64,000 nucleotides of DNA, from NCBI GenBank assembly GCA_965222605.1, contig OZ244960.1:4960001-5024000 (forward strand). Reading direction: 5' to 3'. The notes under the pieces were generated by a model. The model did no database searches. It saw only the letters and a program-made list of their open reading frames with translations, and was not told the origin of the DNA. This DNA is from Candidatus Latescibacterota bacterium. Lineage in GTDB: Bacteria; Latescibacterota; UBA2968. Below, one piece after another: positions 1-10,291 of the stretch. A program made the translations under genes and the position numbers. The first letter of the stretch is position 1. Each line of letters begins with the position of its first letter.

Positions 1-1
1 T

Positions 2-1411
2 ACGCCAGACGAACCCAAAATTACCGGGGTTGATCGCTATTTGATGAGCGGGCGGTGGTTTGAACCCGGAGAAGAATTCGTTTGCTTGATACCCAATGAT
101 CTGGCCGAGCTTGTCGGTATTTTTCCCGAGGATGCTGGCACGGCTAAAATTGAAATGCAGGGGCAGATTTTTACGGTGATTGGCATTCTCGATTCTGAAA
201 TGTTTAACAAGTTCAAAGATCTGGATGATGAAAAACTGACCCCTGTTGATACGGTGAAAGAAAAAGACGATTTGGCAGATGCACAGGATCAGGACCCGCG
301 GGTCGTCGCGGCTGCGCCTATTGAGACCTTTACCCATTTGGAATCGACCAATGTGCTTGTCGTACCCTATGAGTATATTCGGGATATCGGGGGTGTGTTG
401 GCTTCGGTGGCGATTGCGAATTTCAAGGATGAGAGCGGGCAGCCCAAGTTGAATTTTGTTCCCGACATCGAGGAGTTTATGGCGCGCGTGTCTTTGACGA
501 TGTTTGTGGGCAAGGATGATGGTGTAACCGTTTATAGTTCGATTGGTTCAACGTCGCTTTCTGGATTGGGCAATTTGTTTATCCCGATCTTGATTGCGGC
601 ACTCATTGTGCTCAATACTATGATGGGTGCTGTGTATGAGCGTTTCCGAGAGATCAGTATTTATTCTTCGGTGGGATTGGCTCCCAATCATATTGCCGCA
701 CTTTTCCTCGCGGAGGCCGGCGTGTTTGCCACACTCGGTGCGGTTTTGGGATATTTGATTGGACAAGTGCTCGTGCTCATACTTTACAATGAGGGATTGT
801 TGGGTGGCCTGGAATTGAATTATTCGTCGCTGTCTGCAATTTCCGCCACGTTGATTGTGATGGCAACGGTATTTCTCTCAGCGCTTTATCCAGCGAAAAA
901 AGCCGCGGATATGGCCGTGCCCGATGTGACCCGCAAATGGGAATTTCCCGATCCGGATGGCGATCGGTGGGTATTTGATTTTCCCTTTACCGTAGGTGGT
1001 ACCGAGGTATTGGGCATGTACTCCTATTTGACCCGGGTTTTTGAATCTTATGGCGAGGGATCGGTAGGTGATTTTGTTGCCGACCACGTAAAGTTCTGGT
1101 CTGAAGATCTCGAGGGTGAACCGCAATACAATATTGATCTGACGGCATGGTTGGCGCCTTATGATCTGGGGATTAGTCAGGAAGTGCAGTTAAAAGCCAT
1201 TCCAACGGGTGAGCACAATATTTATAAAATTGAAGTGGTGATCAATCGCTTGAGTGGCGATGTGGCGTCCTGGAAACGGATCAATCGCGGATTTTTGAAT
1301 GTGTTGCGAAAGCGGTTCCTGGTCTGGCGCACAATTCCAGGCGACATGAAGTTCAATTATGCAGAAGACGGACGCCGGGTGTTGTCTGGCGAAGTCGCGG
1401 CAATAGCATAA
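2..1411 (+). CDS. Large FtsX/MacB-like ABC permease-domain membrane protein, 5' end outside window
   Basis: Frame is open from the window start (TPDEPKITGVDRYLM...). It carries the FtsX-type motif LNTMMGAVYERFREISIYSSVGLAP..IAALFLAE, about 4 TM helices, and a soluble C-terminal domain. Confidence 0.8.
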   Translation, partial: TPDEPKITGVDRYLMSGRWFEPGEEFVCLIPNDLAELVGIFPEDAGTAKIEMQGQIFTVIGILDSEMFNKFKDLDDEKLTPVDTVKEKDDLADAQDQDPRVVAAAPIETFTHLESTNVLVVPYEYIRDIGGVLASVAIANFKDESGQPKLNFVPDIEEFMARVSLTMFVGKDDGVTVYSSIGSTSLSGLGNLFIPILIAALIVLNTMMGAVYERFREISIYSSVGLAPNHIAALFLAEAGVFATLGAVLGYLIGQVLVLILYNEGLLGGLELNYSSLSAISATLIVMATVFLSALYPAKKAADMAVPDVTRKWEFPDPDGDRWVFDFPFTVGGTEVLGMYSYLTRVFESYGEGSVGDFVADHVKFWSEDLEGEPQYNIDLTAWLAPYDLGISQEVQLKAIPTGEHNIYKIEVVINRLSGDVASWKRINRGFLNVLRKRFLVWRTIPGDMKFNYAEDGRRVLSGEVAAIA

Positions 1412-1448
1412 CGTGTAGATTTTGTGAATTTCCTTCTGGGAGGCAATT

Positions 1449-3503
1449 TTGGCAACTGAACCACGAGATACGGAAGAAACAGAAGAGGATCTGGCGGAAT
1501 ACGAACAGATTATGCCAGAGGACGCGCCCTTTGAAGATGGCTTTGGCTGGAAGACGATATGGGCGACCCTGTTCGTTGGGATTATCATGTTGCCGGGGGC
1601 GATTTATTTGGGCCTGGTGACCGGGCAGAGCATGGCTGGCGCGTCTGAGTGGGTGACGATTATTCTCTTTTTGGAGATTGCCAAGCGCTCTTTTGTTCGG
1701 CTCAAGACACAGGAAATTTTGATCATCTATTGGGTCGCCGCAGGGCTGTTGGGCATTGGGGTAAAACTCGGTTCGGGCGCACATCTATACGGCGGGCCTT
1801 TTGGAGGGTTGATCTGGGATCAGTATTTGATTCAGTCACCCGCAGCGCAAGGTCTGGATAAGTATATTCCGGGGTGGGTGACGCCGCCTTTGGATTCGCC
1901 GGTTTATGCCGAGCGCACGTTTGTGCATCCCGACTGGATTTTGCCGGTGTTGATTCTGTTTCTGGCCATGATCATCAATCAGACTGCGCGGCTGTCCTTT
2001 GGGTATGTGATGTTTCGCATTACCAGCGATATCGAGCAATTGCCTTTCCCGATGGAGCCCGTTCACGCACGCGGTGTCACCGCACTGGCTGAGACATCGG
2101 CCAAAACCGAGGGTTGGCGGTGGCGCGTGTTCAGTACGGGAACGTGTATTGGTCTGGTCTGGGGGCTGCTCTATGTGGTTGTGCCCACGTTGTCGGGCAT
2201 TTTTCTGACGGAGACCGTTCAGGTCTTGCCGATTCCGTTTATCGATTTTACAGCCGAGGTAAAGACCATATTGCCCGCTGCCGTATTTGGCATAGGAACG
2301 GATTTGGGGCATTTGTTGATCGGTTTTGTCCTGCCGTTTTACGTGGTGGTCGGATCTTTTATCGGTGCTGTGCTTGCCAATCTGGTGATTAATCCACTGC
2401 TTTATACCTACACAGATATTTTGAGCCGGTGGGCACCGGGGATGACGGCGATTCCCGCAAGTATTTCCAATCGCTTTGACTTCTGGTTGAGTTTTGGAAT
2501 TGGGACTTCATTTGTGATCGCGCTTACCGGGTTTTATATGGTGGGTAAAACCCTGTTGGAACAGCGCAAGGTGCAACAGGAAACAGGGCATCATTCGGTG
2601 AAAATTAGTATGGAGGATTTGCCCGAGGGCCGAGGGGATATACCGATGAAGTGGCCTCTTGTTTTATGGGTCATGGGTTCTTTGGCCGCTATTGGTTTGT
2701 GCCAGTGGCTCGTACCGGAATTTCACTGGTTATGGCTGGTTTTCTTCGCGTTTATTTATACGCCTGTTTCGTCTTATATCGGTGCTCGTATGATTGGTCT
2801 TACGGGCAGCCCTTATGGGGCGAGCATTCCCTATATTCGCGAAGCTGCCATTTTCATGTCGGGGTATAAGGGGGTGGCGGTGTGGTTTGCGCCCATTCCA
2901 CTGCACGATCACGGGCTGGCCGTGCGGCAGTTTAAGCAATTGGAATTGACCAAAACGAAGATCGGCAGTTATATCAAAATGGTGGTGATTACGACATTTG
3001 TGATTTTCCTGTGCAGCTTTTTGTTCTATGAGTTTATCTGGCGGTTGGGTCCCATTCCGTCTTCGACATATCCCTACGTGCAGTTGTTCTGGCCGTTTGA
3101 AGCTACGATGCAAACCATGTGGCTCAAATCGACTTTGCCACCTGGAGAAGTGCAGGGTGCTGCTGGCCTGGAACTGCTGGCGGATATTATTAAGATGAAA
3201 TATATCATCACTGGTTTGGTGTCGGGTGGACTTCTCTATCTGACACTGGTCGCCATCAAGGTTCCCGTGCTGGCATTTTTCGGTTTTGTGAATGGCCTGG
3301 CGCAATGGCCGCATTTTGTCATTTTGAATTTTGCCGGGGCGATGCTGGGGCGATACCATTTTGCCAAGCGGTTTGGCGAGTCCAAATGGCAGGCTTACGC
3401 GCCTATTTTACTGGCGGGTTATTCCTGTGGTATGGGGCTTATTGGCATGACCTCAATTGCCGTGGCTTTGATATCCAAGGCCGTGTCTCAGGTTGTTTTC
3501 TGA
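1449..3503 (+). CDS. OPT (oligopeptide transporter)-like polytopic membrane protein
   Basis: 684 aa with many hydrophobic helices, an acidic N-tail and the motif DIEQLPFPM. TTG start after a GGGAGG RBS. Confidence 0.65.
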   Translation: MATEPRDTEETEEDLAEYEQIMPEDAPFEDGFGWKTIWATLFVGIIMLPGAIYLGLVTGQSMAGASEWVTIILFLEIAKRSFVRLKTQEILIIYWVAAGLLGIGVKLGSGAHLYGGPFGGLIWDQYLIQSPAAQGLDKYIPGWVTPPLDSPVYAERTFVHPDWILPVLILFLAMIINQTARLSFGYVMFRITSDIEQLPFPMEPVHARGVTALAETSAKTEGWRWRVFSTGTCIGLVWGLLYVVVPTLSGIFLTETVQVLPIPFIDFTAEVKTILPAAVFGIGTDLGHLLIGFVLPFYVVVGSFIGAVLANLVINPLLYTYTDILSRWAPGMTAIPASISNRFDFWLSFGIGTSFVIALTGFYMVGKTLLEQRKVQQETGHHSVKISMEDLPEGRGDIPMKWPLVLWVMGSLAAIGLCQWLVPEFHWLWLVFFAFIYTPVSSYIGARMIGLTGSPYGASIPYIREAAIFMSGYKGVAVWFAPIPLHDHGLAVRQFKQLELTKTKIGSYIKMVVITTFVIFLCSFLFYEFIWRLGPIPSSTYPYVQLFWPFEATMQTMWLKSTLPPGEVQGAAGLELLADIIKMKYIITGLVSGGLLYLTLVAIKVPVLAFFGFVNGLAQWPHFVILNFAGAMLGRYHFAKRFGESKWQAYAPILLAGYSCGMGLIGMTSIAVALISKAVSQVVF

Positions 3504-3517
3504 GATAAAAAGAAGGT

Positions 3518-3547
3518 GGAACTTTTATCCGGGCATGTGTCGTCTAA
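3518..3547 (+). promoter_or_regulatory. Putative ECF (sigmaE-like) promoter
   Basis: GGAACTT (3518-3524) - 16 nt - CGTCTAA (3541-3547) upstream of the Spy-like gene. Confidence 0.45.
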
Positions 3548-3575
3548 TTTGTTGCGATATATGCCCGGATTTTTA
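3527..3575 (+). terminator. Long hairpin plus T-tract after the OPT-like gene
   Basis: ATCCGGGCAT (3527-3536) pairs with ATGCCCGGAT (3561-3570), extendable by G-U pairs, then TTTT. Confidence 0.5.
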
Positions 3576-3609
3576 TAGGTATTTTTTCACTTTTTTAAAG
3601 GAGCAGATT

Positions 3610-4110
3610 ATGCAGAGGTTTCGACTTTTCGGTTTTTTGGCAGTGGCAATGCTTATGGCCGCGTCCTGCGATGTGTGGGCACAGCCTCAAAGAGGTGGTC
3701 AAGGTCAAGGAGGGCGCGGGGGCGCACGCGGGGGCGTTCAGGTGCAGCGTTTTTTGCCAGTTGAACAGGTGCTGAGTTTTCTGTCGTTTAACGAGAATGT
3801 GGCTCTGAGCGATGAGCAACTCGTCAAGGTGCGCGCGTCACTTAAAGGGGTTTATACAAAACGCCAGGAATTGCAGAGAAGCCTGCGCGGAAGCACCGAC
3901 CAGCAGGCGGCGATGCAGAAAGTGCGCGCACTGCGAATGGAAATGACACAGGGTCTGACTGCTATACTCAATGAGGATCAGACAAAAGTATTTCAAGAAG
4001 AGATGCAGCGGATGAGCCAGCGCGGGCAGCGCGGTCAAGGCGGGCAGCGCGGGCAGCGCGGAGGGCAAGGTGGTCAGGGTGGTCGCCGTGGTGGCGGCGG
4101 TGGTGAATAG
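3610..4110 (+). CDS. Secreted Spy/CpxP-like helical protein with Gly/Gln/Arg-rich tails
   Basis: AAAGGAG RBS then ATG at 3610. Signal peptide MQRFRLFGFLAVAMLMAAS..., two LTxxQ-like motifs (LSDEQ, LNEDQ), and QRG/GGQ low-complexity termini. Confidence 0.65.
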   Translation: MQRFRLFGFLAVAMLMAASCDVWAQPQRGGQGQGGRGGARGGVQVQRFLPVEQVLSFLSFNENVALSDEQLVKVRASLKGVYTKRQELQRSLRGSTDQQAAMQKVRALRMEMTQGLTAILNEDQTKVFQEEMQRMSQRGQRGQGGQRGQRGGQGGQGGRRGGGGGE

Positions 4111-4147
4111 CTGAGATACACATCTGTCTGTTAAGTGTTGGAGATAT

Positions 4148-4188
4148 CAAAACGCGGGTTTCTTTGAAGAAGCCCGCGTTTGTTTTTT
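4148..4188 (+). terminator. Intrinsic terminator
   Basis: AAACGCGGGTTTCT...AGAAGCCCGCGTTT stem followed by GTTTTTT. Confidence 0.8.
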
Positions 4189-4251
4189 GGGCGCGCTTGT
4201 TTATCGTGAAAAAATGGGTTACATTATCGCACATTGCAATGGGAGGGTTCT

Positions 4252-5607
4252 GTGATACCTGAGTCTATCAAACATATCAAGCGGCCTTTTTCATTTGCGG
4301 TTGTGAGTGATACGCATTTTGTAACGCGAGATTTTATCGGACAGGCATTTGACGCGACAAGACCGCTCAGCACTGAGGGGTATGTGAAAAATGTGACCTA
4401 TTCGCTTGCGCCTATGATGGATGCATTGCGCCATCTCAAACCGGATTTTATAGTTTTGACCGGCGATGTGGCCGAACCCCCGCTGGATCCAGAACGCCAC
4501 TGTGAGAATCTCAAGGCTGCACTGGATTTTTTTGCCACCTGCGATATTCCCATAGTCGTCGCTCGCGGCAATCACGATGGTACTTCGACTTTTGATGAGG
4601 TTGTGGGGCCGCGTATTGCACAGTTTTTGGGCGAGGCGCCCAAAGCGCATTATTTTTCCTTTGAGGTGGATGGTTGCCAGTTTATTGTTCTGGATACGCC
4701 GTATTGGAATACTGAGCAATGTCAGTGGCTCGATGCCGTGTTGGAAAAAAATGCTTATACACCATTGTTTTTGCTGGGGCATCATCCTATATGGCCGGTA
4801 GCACGCGCTTTTTTTTATAATCGCGATTTTCAGACGGATATGGTCAATCTTTTGTCTCGGCACGCGATTGATGCCTATTTTTGTGGGCATTCACACAATC
4901 AAAGTATTGTGTTGCACCGCACGCCTCATTTGCCGGTGTTGCAGTGTATGGGTGCTCTGGTTGGGTTGTCTGACGCACCGCCGCTTCCGCTCAACCGAGT
5001 TCAGGCCCTTTTGCCCACATCCGATGATCTCATGGCTGTTTGGCCCGGATATATTGAAAATACGGCTCCGGGGTGGTTTATGGGATATGTTGCACAGGGC
5101 CAGGCGCGTGTGGAATGGCATCATATTAACCGCGGGGCCGAAGCCCTGGTGCGTTGGTTTCGTCCTGGGGACATTCAGACTTTTTGGACAATGGATCCCG
5201 CGCCACCAGCGCAACTCATTGAAGCAAATTTGGGGCGTATTCGCCAGGGGATGCTCCGTTTTTGTGCCTGGGATAGTATGGGAGATGCGCGCGTATTTCT
5301 CAATGGGAATGAGATTGGCCTTTTGCCACGTGCAGATAATTTTACGCCCAGTCGCCTGTCTTTACCACCCAACGCGCTCGCTTGTTTGCAGATGGAAAAT
5401 AAGGTGCGTATTGAACCGGCTGAGGGCAGTGAGATAACGCTTGGCAATCTGGTTCTCGAAGTGGTATTGCCCGGTGGTCGTTATGTGCGGTCGCTGGTTT
5501 TTGAAGATATTTATACGTGGTCTAACCGGTGGGATGAGTATGAATATGAGACACTGCAAAAGATGCAACCGGGACGACCGTTAGCGACGGTGTTGTCTTT
5601 CAGGTGA
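4252..5607 (+). CDS. Calcineurin-like metallophosphoesterase with a C-terminal extension
   Basis: Motifs SDTH, TGD, RGNHD, GHH and GHSH. GTG start after GGGAGG. Confidence 0.85.
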   Translation: MIPESIKHIKRPFSFAVVSDTHFVTRDFIGQAFDATRPLSTEGYVKNVTYSLAPMMDALRHLKPDFIVLTGDVAEPPLDPERHCENLKAALDFFATCDIPIVVARGNHDGTSTFDEVVGPRIAQFLGEAPKAHYFSFEVDGCQFIVLDTPYWNTEQCQWLDAVLEKNAYTPLFLLGHHPIWPVARAFFYNRDFQTDMVNLLSRHAIDAYFCGHSHNQSIVLHRTPHLPVLQCMGALVGLSDAPPLPLNRVQALLPTSDDLMAVWPGYIENTAPGWFMGYVAQGQARVEWHHINRGAEALVRWFRPGDIQTFWTMDPAPPAQLIEANLGRIRQGMLRFCAWDSMGDARVFLNGNEIGLLPRADNFTPSRLSLPPNALACLQMENKVRIEPAEGSEITLGNLVLEVVLPGGRYVRSLVFEDIYTWSNRWDEYEYETLQKMQPGRPLATVLSFR

Positions 5608-5614
5608 GGATGTG

Positions 5615-7639
5615 ATGGTCGATAAAAGAGATACCAATAGATTGATCCGCGAGACCAGCCCGTATTTATTGCAGCATGCACATAATCCCGTTGCGTGGTT
5701 TCCGTGGGGTGAAGAGGCGTTTGAAAAGGCTCAAGCTGAAGACAAGCCAATTTTTTTGAGCGTGGGATATGCGGCTTGTCACTGGTGTCATGTGATGGCA
5801 CACGAGTGTTTTGAAGATGAGGATATCGCGCAGATTATGAACGCGCATTTTGTCAATGTGAAGGTCGATCGAGAAGAACGCCCCGATGTCGATGAAATTT
5901 ATATGAATGCGGTACAGGTTATGACCGGTTCCGGTGGGTGGCCTATGAGTGTGTTTTTGACACCGCAGGGCGTTCCGTTTTACGGGGGTACTTATTTTCC
6001 GCCTCAGAGTAGGCACAACATACCGGGCTTTCCTCATGTCCTGGAATCCGTTGCCAGGCATTTTCGAGAAAAAGGTGAAAATGTCGCAGATGTGGCGAAT
6101 CGATTGCACGAGCACTTACAGGCGATGGCGCGTATTGATGCGTTGGCAGATGGCCTTAGTGAGGCGGATTTTGACGGTGCATTTCAAAAGATCAGATCGA
6201 ATTTTGATTTTCAAAATGGCGGGTTTGGCACGCAGCCCAAGTTCCCCAATTCGATGAATCTCGATGTGTTTTTGCGAACTTATTTGCGTACGGGGAACGA
6301 AGAGGCACTTGCGATGGTGATATTGACGCTTGAAAAAATGGCGCGGGGAGGCATTTACGATCAGCTCGGCGGGGGATTTCACCGCTATGCTGTGGATAGC
6401 CGCTGGCTCGTGCCCCATTTTGAGAAGATGCTATATGACAATGCACTGCTCGCACAGCTTTATACACAGACTTATCAGGTGACGAAGCAACCGCTTTTTG
6501 CGCGTATTGTCAGGTCAATTTTGGATTATACGCGCCGAGAGATGACCTCGCCAGAAGGCGGCTTTTATTCTACGCAAGATGCCGACAGCGAGGGGGAAGA
6601 GGGCAAGTTTTTTGTATGGACGCCGCAGGAGGTGGTGGCTTTATTGGGCGAAGACGATGGGGCGGCATTTTGTCGGTATTTTGATGTGACGGCGCGAGGC
6701 AATTTTGAAGGTAAAAATATCCTGAATATTCCGCAGACCTACGAGGTGGATGAAGACGCAATGGCACGCGGGTGTGCGGTTTTGTTTGAGGCGCGGGAAA
6801 AGCGCGTGAAACCCGGGCGCGATGAGAAAATTCAGGTGAGTTGGAATGGGATGATGATTTCGGCCTTTGCGCAGGCGTATCGGGCATTTGGCGAGCCCGT
6901 TTATCTGGATAGTGCGTCAGATGCGGCTCGGTTTATCCTGGAGAATATGTGTACGGATCGCGGGCTTTTGTTGCATACCTATACAGATGGTCGCGCGCGT
7001 CTCAATGCCTATCAGGATGATTATGCCTGTCTGATCCTCGGGTTAATTGATCTGTACGAAGCGAGTTTTGAGCCTTCTTATCTCGTTGCTGCCCGCGATT
7101 TTATGGAGGTGATGATTGATCAGTTTTGGGATCGGGAAGATGGCGGATTTTTTTATACAGGGAGAGATCACGAAGCGTTGATTGTGCGTTCAAAAAATCC
7201 CTTTGACAATGCCACGCCCTCTGGCAATTCGACAGGGGCGATGGCGTTACTGCGATTGGGAACGCTGCTGGAGCGCGAAGATTGGCGGGATATGGCCGCC
7301 CGTATTTTGCATCTTTTTGGCAGGCATATTCAGGAGGTGCCTTCGGGCTTTGGCAATATGATTTGTGCCCTGGATCTCTATTTGCAAGAGCCGGTTGAAG
7401 TCGCTATTTTGGGTGATCGAGAAAGGGCGGATACGGTTGCACTGCTCGATGTGGTGAATAAAACATGGCGACCCAATGTGGTTTTGTGTGGGGGAAGTGA
7501 TCCCGTGTCCGATGCCATTCCGCTTTTGAAAAATCGCGGCATGATCGACGGACGCGCCACAGCTTATGTATGTCGCAATTTTGTCTGCTCTGAACCGGTT
7601 ACAGATGCCGAGGCACTGGAAAAACTACTGGATGAATAG
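5615..7639 (+). CDS. YyaL/SPATA20-family thioredoxin-domain protein (DUF255)
   Basis: [41 protein letters not shown]. Confidence 0.93.
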   Translation: MVDKRDTNRLIRETSPYLLQHAHNPVAWFPWGEEAFEKAQAEDKPIFLSVGYAACHWCHVMAHECFEDEDIAQIMNAHFVNVKVDREERPDVDEIYMNAVQVMTGSGGWPMSVFLTPQGVPFYGGTYFPPQSRHNIPGFPHVLESVARHFREKGENVADVANRLHEHLQAMARIDALADGLSEADFDGAFQKIRSNFDFQNGGFGTQPKFPNSMNLDVFLRTYLRTGNEEALAMVILTLEKMARGGIYDQLGGGFHRYAVDSRWLVPHFEKMLYDNALLAQLYTQTYQVTKQPLFARIVRSILDYTRREMTSPEGGFYSTQDADSEGEEGKFFVWTPQEVVALLGEDDGAAFCRYFDVTARGNFEGKNILNIPQTYEVDEDAMARGCAVLFEAREKRVKPGRDEKIQVSWNGMMISAFAQAYRAFGEPVYLDSASDAARFILENMCTDRGLLLHTYTDGRARLNAYQDDYACLILGLIDLYEASFEPSYLVAARDFMEVMIDQFWDREDGGFFYTGRDHEALIVRSKNPFDNATPSGNSTGAMALLRLGTLLEREDWRDMAARILHLFGRHIQEVPSGFGNMICALDLYLQEPVEVAILGDRERADTVALLDVVNKTWRPNVVLCGGSDPVSDAIPLLKNRGMIDGRATAYVCRNFVCSEPVTDAEALEKLLDE

Positions 7640-7660
7640 AGTTTGGGATACTAATTTAAA

Positions 7661-7918
7661 ATGCCAACAATACTATTGATTTCAGGCTGGCGACTTTTCT
7701 TTTTCTCCAATGAAGGCAATGAACCTGCTCATATTCATTGTAGAAAAGGGGAAAAAGAATGCAAATATTGGCTCGGTAGAGAAAATTTTGATCTCGAAGA
7801 AGCTTATGCTTTCAATTTGTCACCTCGAGATCGTAGAGAAATTAAGAAGATCATTTTTGAACATTTTGAATATATTGAACAAGAATGGGATGCGTTTGAA
7901 CGGAGGCGTCAACAATGA
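7661..7918 (+). CDS. DUF4160 family protein (putative toxin-antitoxin component)
   Basis: MPTI..GWRLFFFSNEGNEPAHIH..KGEKECKYW pattern. AT-rich, with an ATGA overlap to the next gene. Confidence 0.8.
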   Translation: MPTILLISGWRLFFFSNEGNEPAHIHCRKGEKECKYWLGRENFDLEEAYAFNLSPRDRREIKKIIFEHFEYIEQEWDAFERRRQQ

Positions 7919-8181
7919 AAAGATATCACGATGTAAGAGATCTTTATTTTAATGACGATGAAATGTCCGTAACCATTGATGGGCAAAAGAGAAGGTTTGT
8001 GCTCAGTGAGATTTCACCTGCATTGCAGAAGGCATCTGTTGAAGCGAGGAATATGTATGAAATTTCTCCCTCGGGTTATGGCATTCACTGGCCGTTAATT
8101 GACGAGGATTTGTCAATCGATGGCTTGCTGGGCATTGTTCATTCACCACAGAAAATATTGACGAGAACGCAATACGTCTAA
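7915..8181 (+). CDS. DUF2442 family protein (putative partner of DUF4160)
   Basis: GYGIHWPLIDEDLSIDGLL signature. Translationally coupled to the DUF4160 gene. Confidence 0.85.
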   Translation: MKRYHDVRDLYFNDDEMSVTIDGQKRRFVLSEISPALQKASVEARNMYEISPSGYGIHWPLIDEDLSIDGLLGIVHSPQKILTRTQYV

Positions 8182-8216
8182 CCGTTAATCCACAATCGTA
8201 AATGAAAGGATATGTT

Positions 8217-8762
8217 ATGGCAGATGTTTTGATTATAGGCGATGGACCTGCGGGATTGAGTGCCGCGTTGTTTTTGGCGAAGAATGGTCAGAATGTGACG
8301 GTGTTTGGACAAGATGGCACGCCGATGCACAAGGCCCTGCTCTACAATTATCTGGGCATTCCCGAGATAACGGGCAGTGAGTTTCAGCGGGTTTCTCGAG
8401 CGCAAGTCCAAAATTTGGGCGGCAAAATTGAGGATGTAGAAGTGGCCGATGCTGAAAAGACCGATGTCGGGTTTGCCGTTACAACGGGGGATGGAGATCG
8501 AAGAGAGGGGAAGTATCTCATTTTAGCTACCGGCACGAATACCAAATTGGCCGAGGGTCTGAGTTTGGCTAAGGAGAACAAGGGTATTGTTGCAGATGGA
8601 GATGGCCGCACCTCTGTTGAGGGGCTTTTTGCAGTGGGTTGGAATACGCGTCTCATCCGCACGCAGGCGATTATTTCTGCCGGGCAGGGTGCCGCGACTG
8701 CGCTGGAAATTCTATCGCTTGAAGCTGGCGAAGATTTCCATGACTTTGATGTTGTTGAATAA
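8217..8762 (+). CDS. Short thioredoxin-reductase-like FAD-dependent oxidoreductase
   Basis: IIGDGPAGLSAA FAD motif, ILATG, TSVEGLFAVG, QAIISAGQG. About 181 aa with no NADPH domain or CxxC. Confidence 0.8.
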   Translation: MADVLIIGDGPAGLSAALFLAKNGQNVTVFGQDGTPMHKALLYNYLGIPEITGSEFQRVSRAQVQNLGGKIEDVEVADAEKTDVGFAVTTGDGDRREGKYLILATGTNTKLAEGLSLAKENKGIVADGDGRTSVEGLFAVGWNTRLIRTQAIISAGQGAATALEILSLEAGEDFHDFDVVE

Positions 8763-8782
8763 GTTGGGATAAATTTCTCCGG

Positions 8783-8833
8783 GAGGTTCCAGGCATGTCC
8801 TGTGCAGGACAAGGTATCTGGAGCCTCTTTTTT
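8783..8833 (+). terminator. Long hairpin terminator
   Basis: GAGGTTCCAGG/TCTGGAGCCTC outer stem, GTCCT/AGGAC inner stem, then TTTTTT. Confidence 0.6.
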
Positions 8834-8878
8834 GATCCTGAATGAACGGGATCAAAATGAATGGAAGGAGGAAATAGT

Positions 8879-9082
8879 ATGACGGGACAAGGTTCGGGTG
8901 GCAATGTTCTTGCAGCTTTGTGTAGCTTTTTTATCCCGGGTTTGGGTCAGTTGCTTCAGGGACGTTTGCTCATTGCCCTTTTCCAATTTTTTTTGGCGGC
9001 CATCCTGTGGTTTATCTGGATGGGCTGGGTGATTCACCTGTGGTCGGTTTTGAACGCGGCCCGATGGAGACCAGGAGATTAA
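8879..9082 (+). CDS. Small membrane protein (67 aa)
   Basis: AGGAGG RBS. AALCSFFIPGLGQ motif typical of small TM2-like membrane proteins. Confidence 0.7.
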   Translation: MTGQGSGGNVLAALCSFFIPGLGQLLQGRLLIALFQFFLAAILWFIWMGWVIHLWSVLNAARWRPGD

Positions 9083-9093
9083 GAGGAACTCAG

Positions 9094-10206
9094 GTGAAAA
9101 TTGATGCCGCAGAAATTCGATATGTCGAGTTGCCACTGATTTCGCCGTGGCGCACGGCTTATGGTGAGGATGCGACGATTCATTCGGTGATGGTTAAACT
9201 CTCGGGTGGAGGAACTACTGCCTGGGGTGAGGCTACGCCGTTTTATGCGCCGACCTATTCGCCGGAGTCAGCCCGATCTGTTTATGAGACGGCGCGGGAA
9301 TTTTTCTTGCCGCATCTGGTAGGAGAGCAAATAGAGACTGCTGCGGAACTGATGGCGCGGATTGTGGTGTTTAAGGGCAATCCCTTTGCCAAAGCGGCTG
9401 TGGAGACCGCGTGGTGGGCATTGGATAGCAAGTTGAAGGGCATACCACTCTGGCAGTCGCTGGGCGCGACTGATCCGACGGTGGTCTGTGGCGCTGATTT
9501 TGGTGTGCAGGATACGATTGATGAACTTTTATCGCTGATCCAGGGTGCTGTGGATGTGGGATATCCGCGTATTAAATTGAAAGTGAAGCATGGATGGGAT
9601 ATTGAGATGCTCAAAGCCGTGCGCTCGGCTTTTCCCGATCCCGTGATTCATGTGGATTGCAACTCGGGATATGATTTGAATGCGGATTTTGATACGCTCA
9701 AGGCATTTGATCAATTCAATTTGGCGATGATTGAGCAGCCATTGGATCATCTGGACCTGATTGAGCACGCGGAGTTACAAAGCCAAATTGAAACGCCCGT
9801 GTGTTTGGATGAGTCGGTCAAACGCCCCCGGGATTTTGAACTTGCTTTGAAAATTGGCGCATGTCGCGTGATCAATGTGAAACCCGGTCGCGTGGGAGGT
9901 TTGTTCAATGCCGTGAAAATTCACGACATTGCGCGCGATGCGGGCATAGATGCGTGGGTGGGCGGGATGCTGGAGAGCGGTGTTGGTGCTGGGATTTGTG
10001 CGGCGTTGGGTACGTTGTCCGGATTTAACTATCCGGCAGATGTGTTTCCTTCGCGCAAATTCTATGTTGAGGATATTACAGATCGGTGGATTGAGCAGGA
10101 TGAGAATTGCAATGTGGTACTGGACGAGACGCCAGGCGTTGGATTTGATCCGATTTCCGAACGTCTGGAGAAGGTGACGGTTATGAGGGCGGTTGTAGAG
10201 GCGTAA
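9094..10206 (+). CDS. menC: o-succinylbenzoate synthase / N-acylamino acid racemase (enolase superfamily)
   Basis: P.YSPES, RIKLKV, VDCN, IEQP, LDES, NVKPGRVGG, GGMLESG. No other men genes are nearby, so racemase function is plausible. Confidence 0.8.
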   Translation: MKIDAAEIRYVELPLISPWRTAYGEDATIHSVMVKLSGGGTTAWGEATPFYAPTYSPESARSVYETAREFFLPHLVGEQIETAAELMARIVVFKGNPFAKAAVETAWWALDSKLKGIPLWQSLGATDPTVVCGADFGVQDTIDELLSLIQGAVDVGYPRIKLKVKHGWDIEMLKAVRSAFPDPVIHVDCNSGYDLNADFDTLKAFDQFNLAMIEQPLDHLDLIEHAELQSQIETPVCLDESVKRPRDFELALKIGACRVINVKPGRVGGLFNAVKIHDIARDAGIDAWVGGMLESGVGAGICAALGTLSGFNYPADVFPSRKFYVEDITDRWIEQDENCNVVLDETPGVGFDPISERLEKVTVMRAVVEA

Positions 10207-10225
10207 GAGCAATTACAGTAAAGGT

Positions 10226-10270
10226 CAAAAATAACAGTCCTATCGAATTCGGTAGGACTGTTTTATTTTG
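10226..10270. terminator. Bidirectional intrinsic terminator
   Basis: AAAATAACAGTCCTATCG...CGGTAGGACTGTTTTATTTT, between convergent genes. Confidence 0.85.
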
Positions 10271-10291
10271 AATAGTGAATCCCAATTTCAC
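10271..10291 (-). pseudogene. N-terminal stub of a Txe/YoeB toxin gene
   Basis: GTG overlaps the yefM stop (GTGA) and reads MKLGFTI, like YoeB N-termini, then runs into the terminator. Confidence 0.45.
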
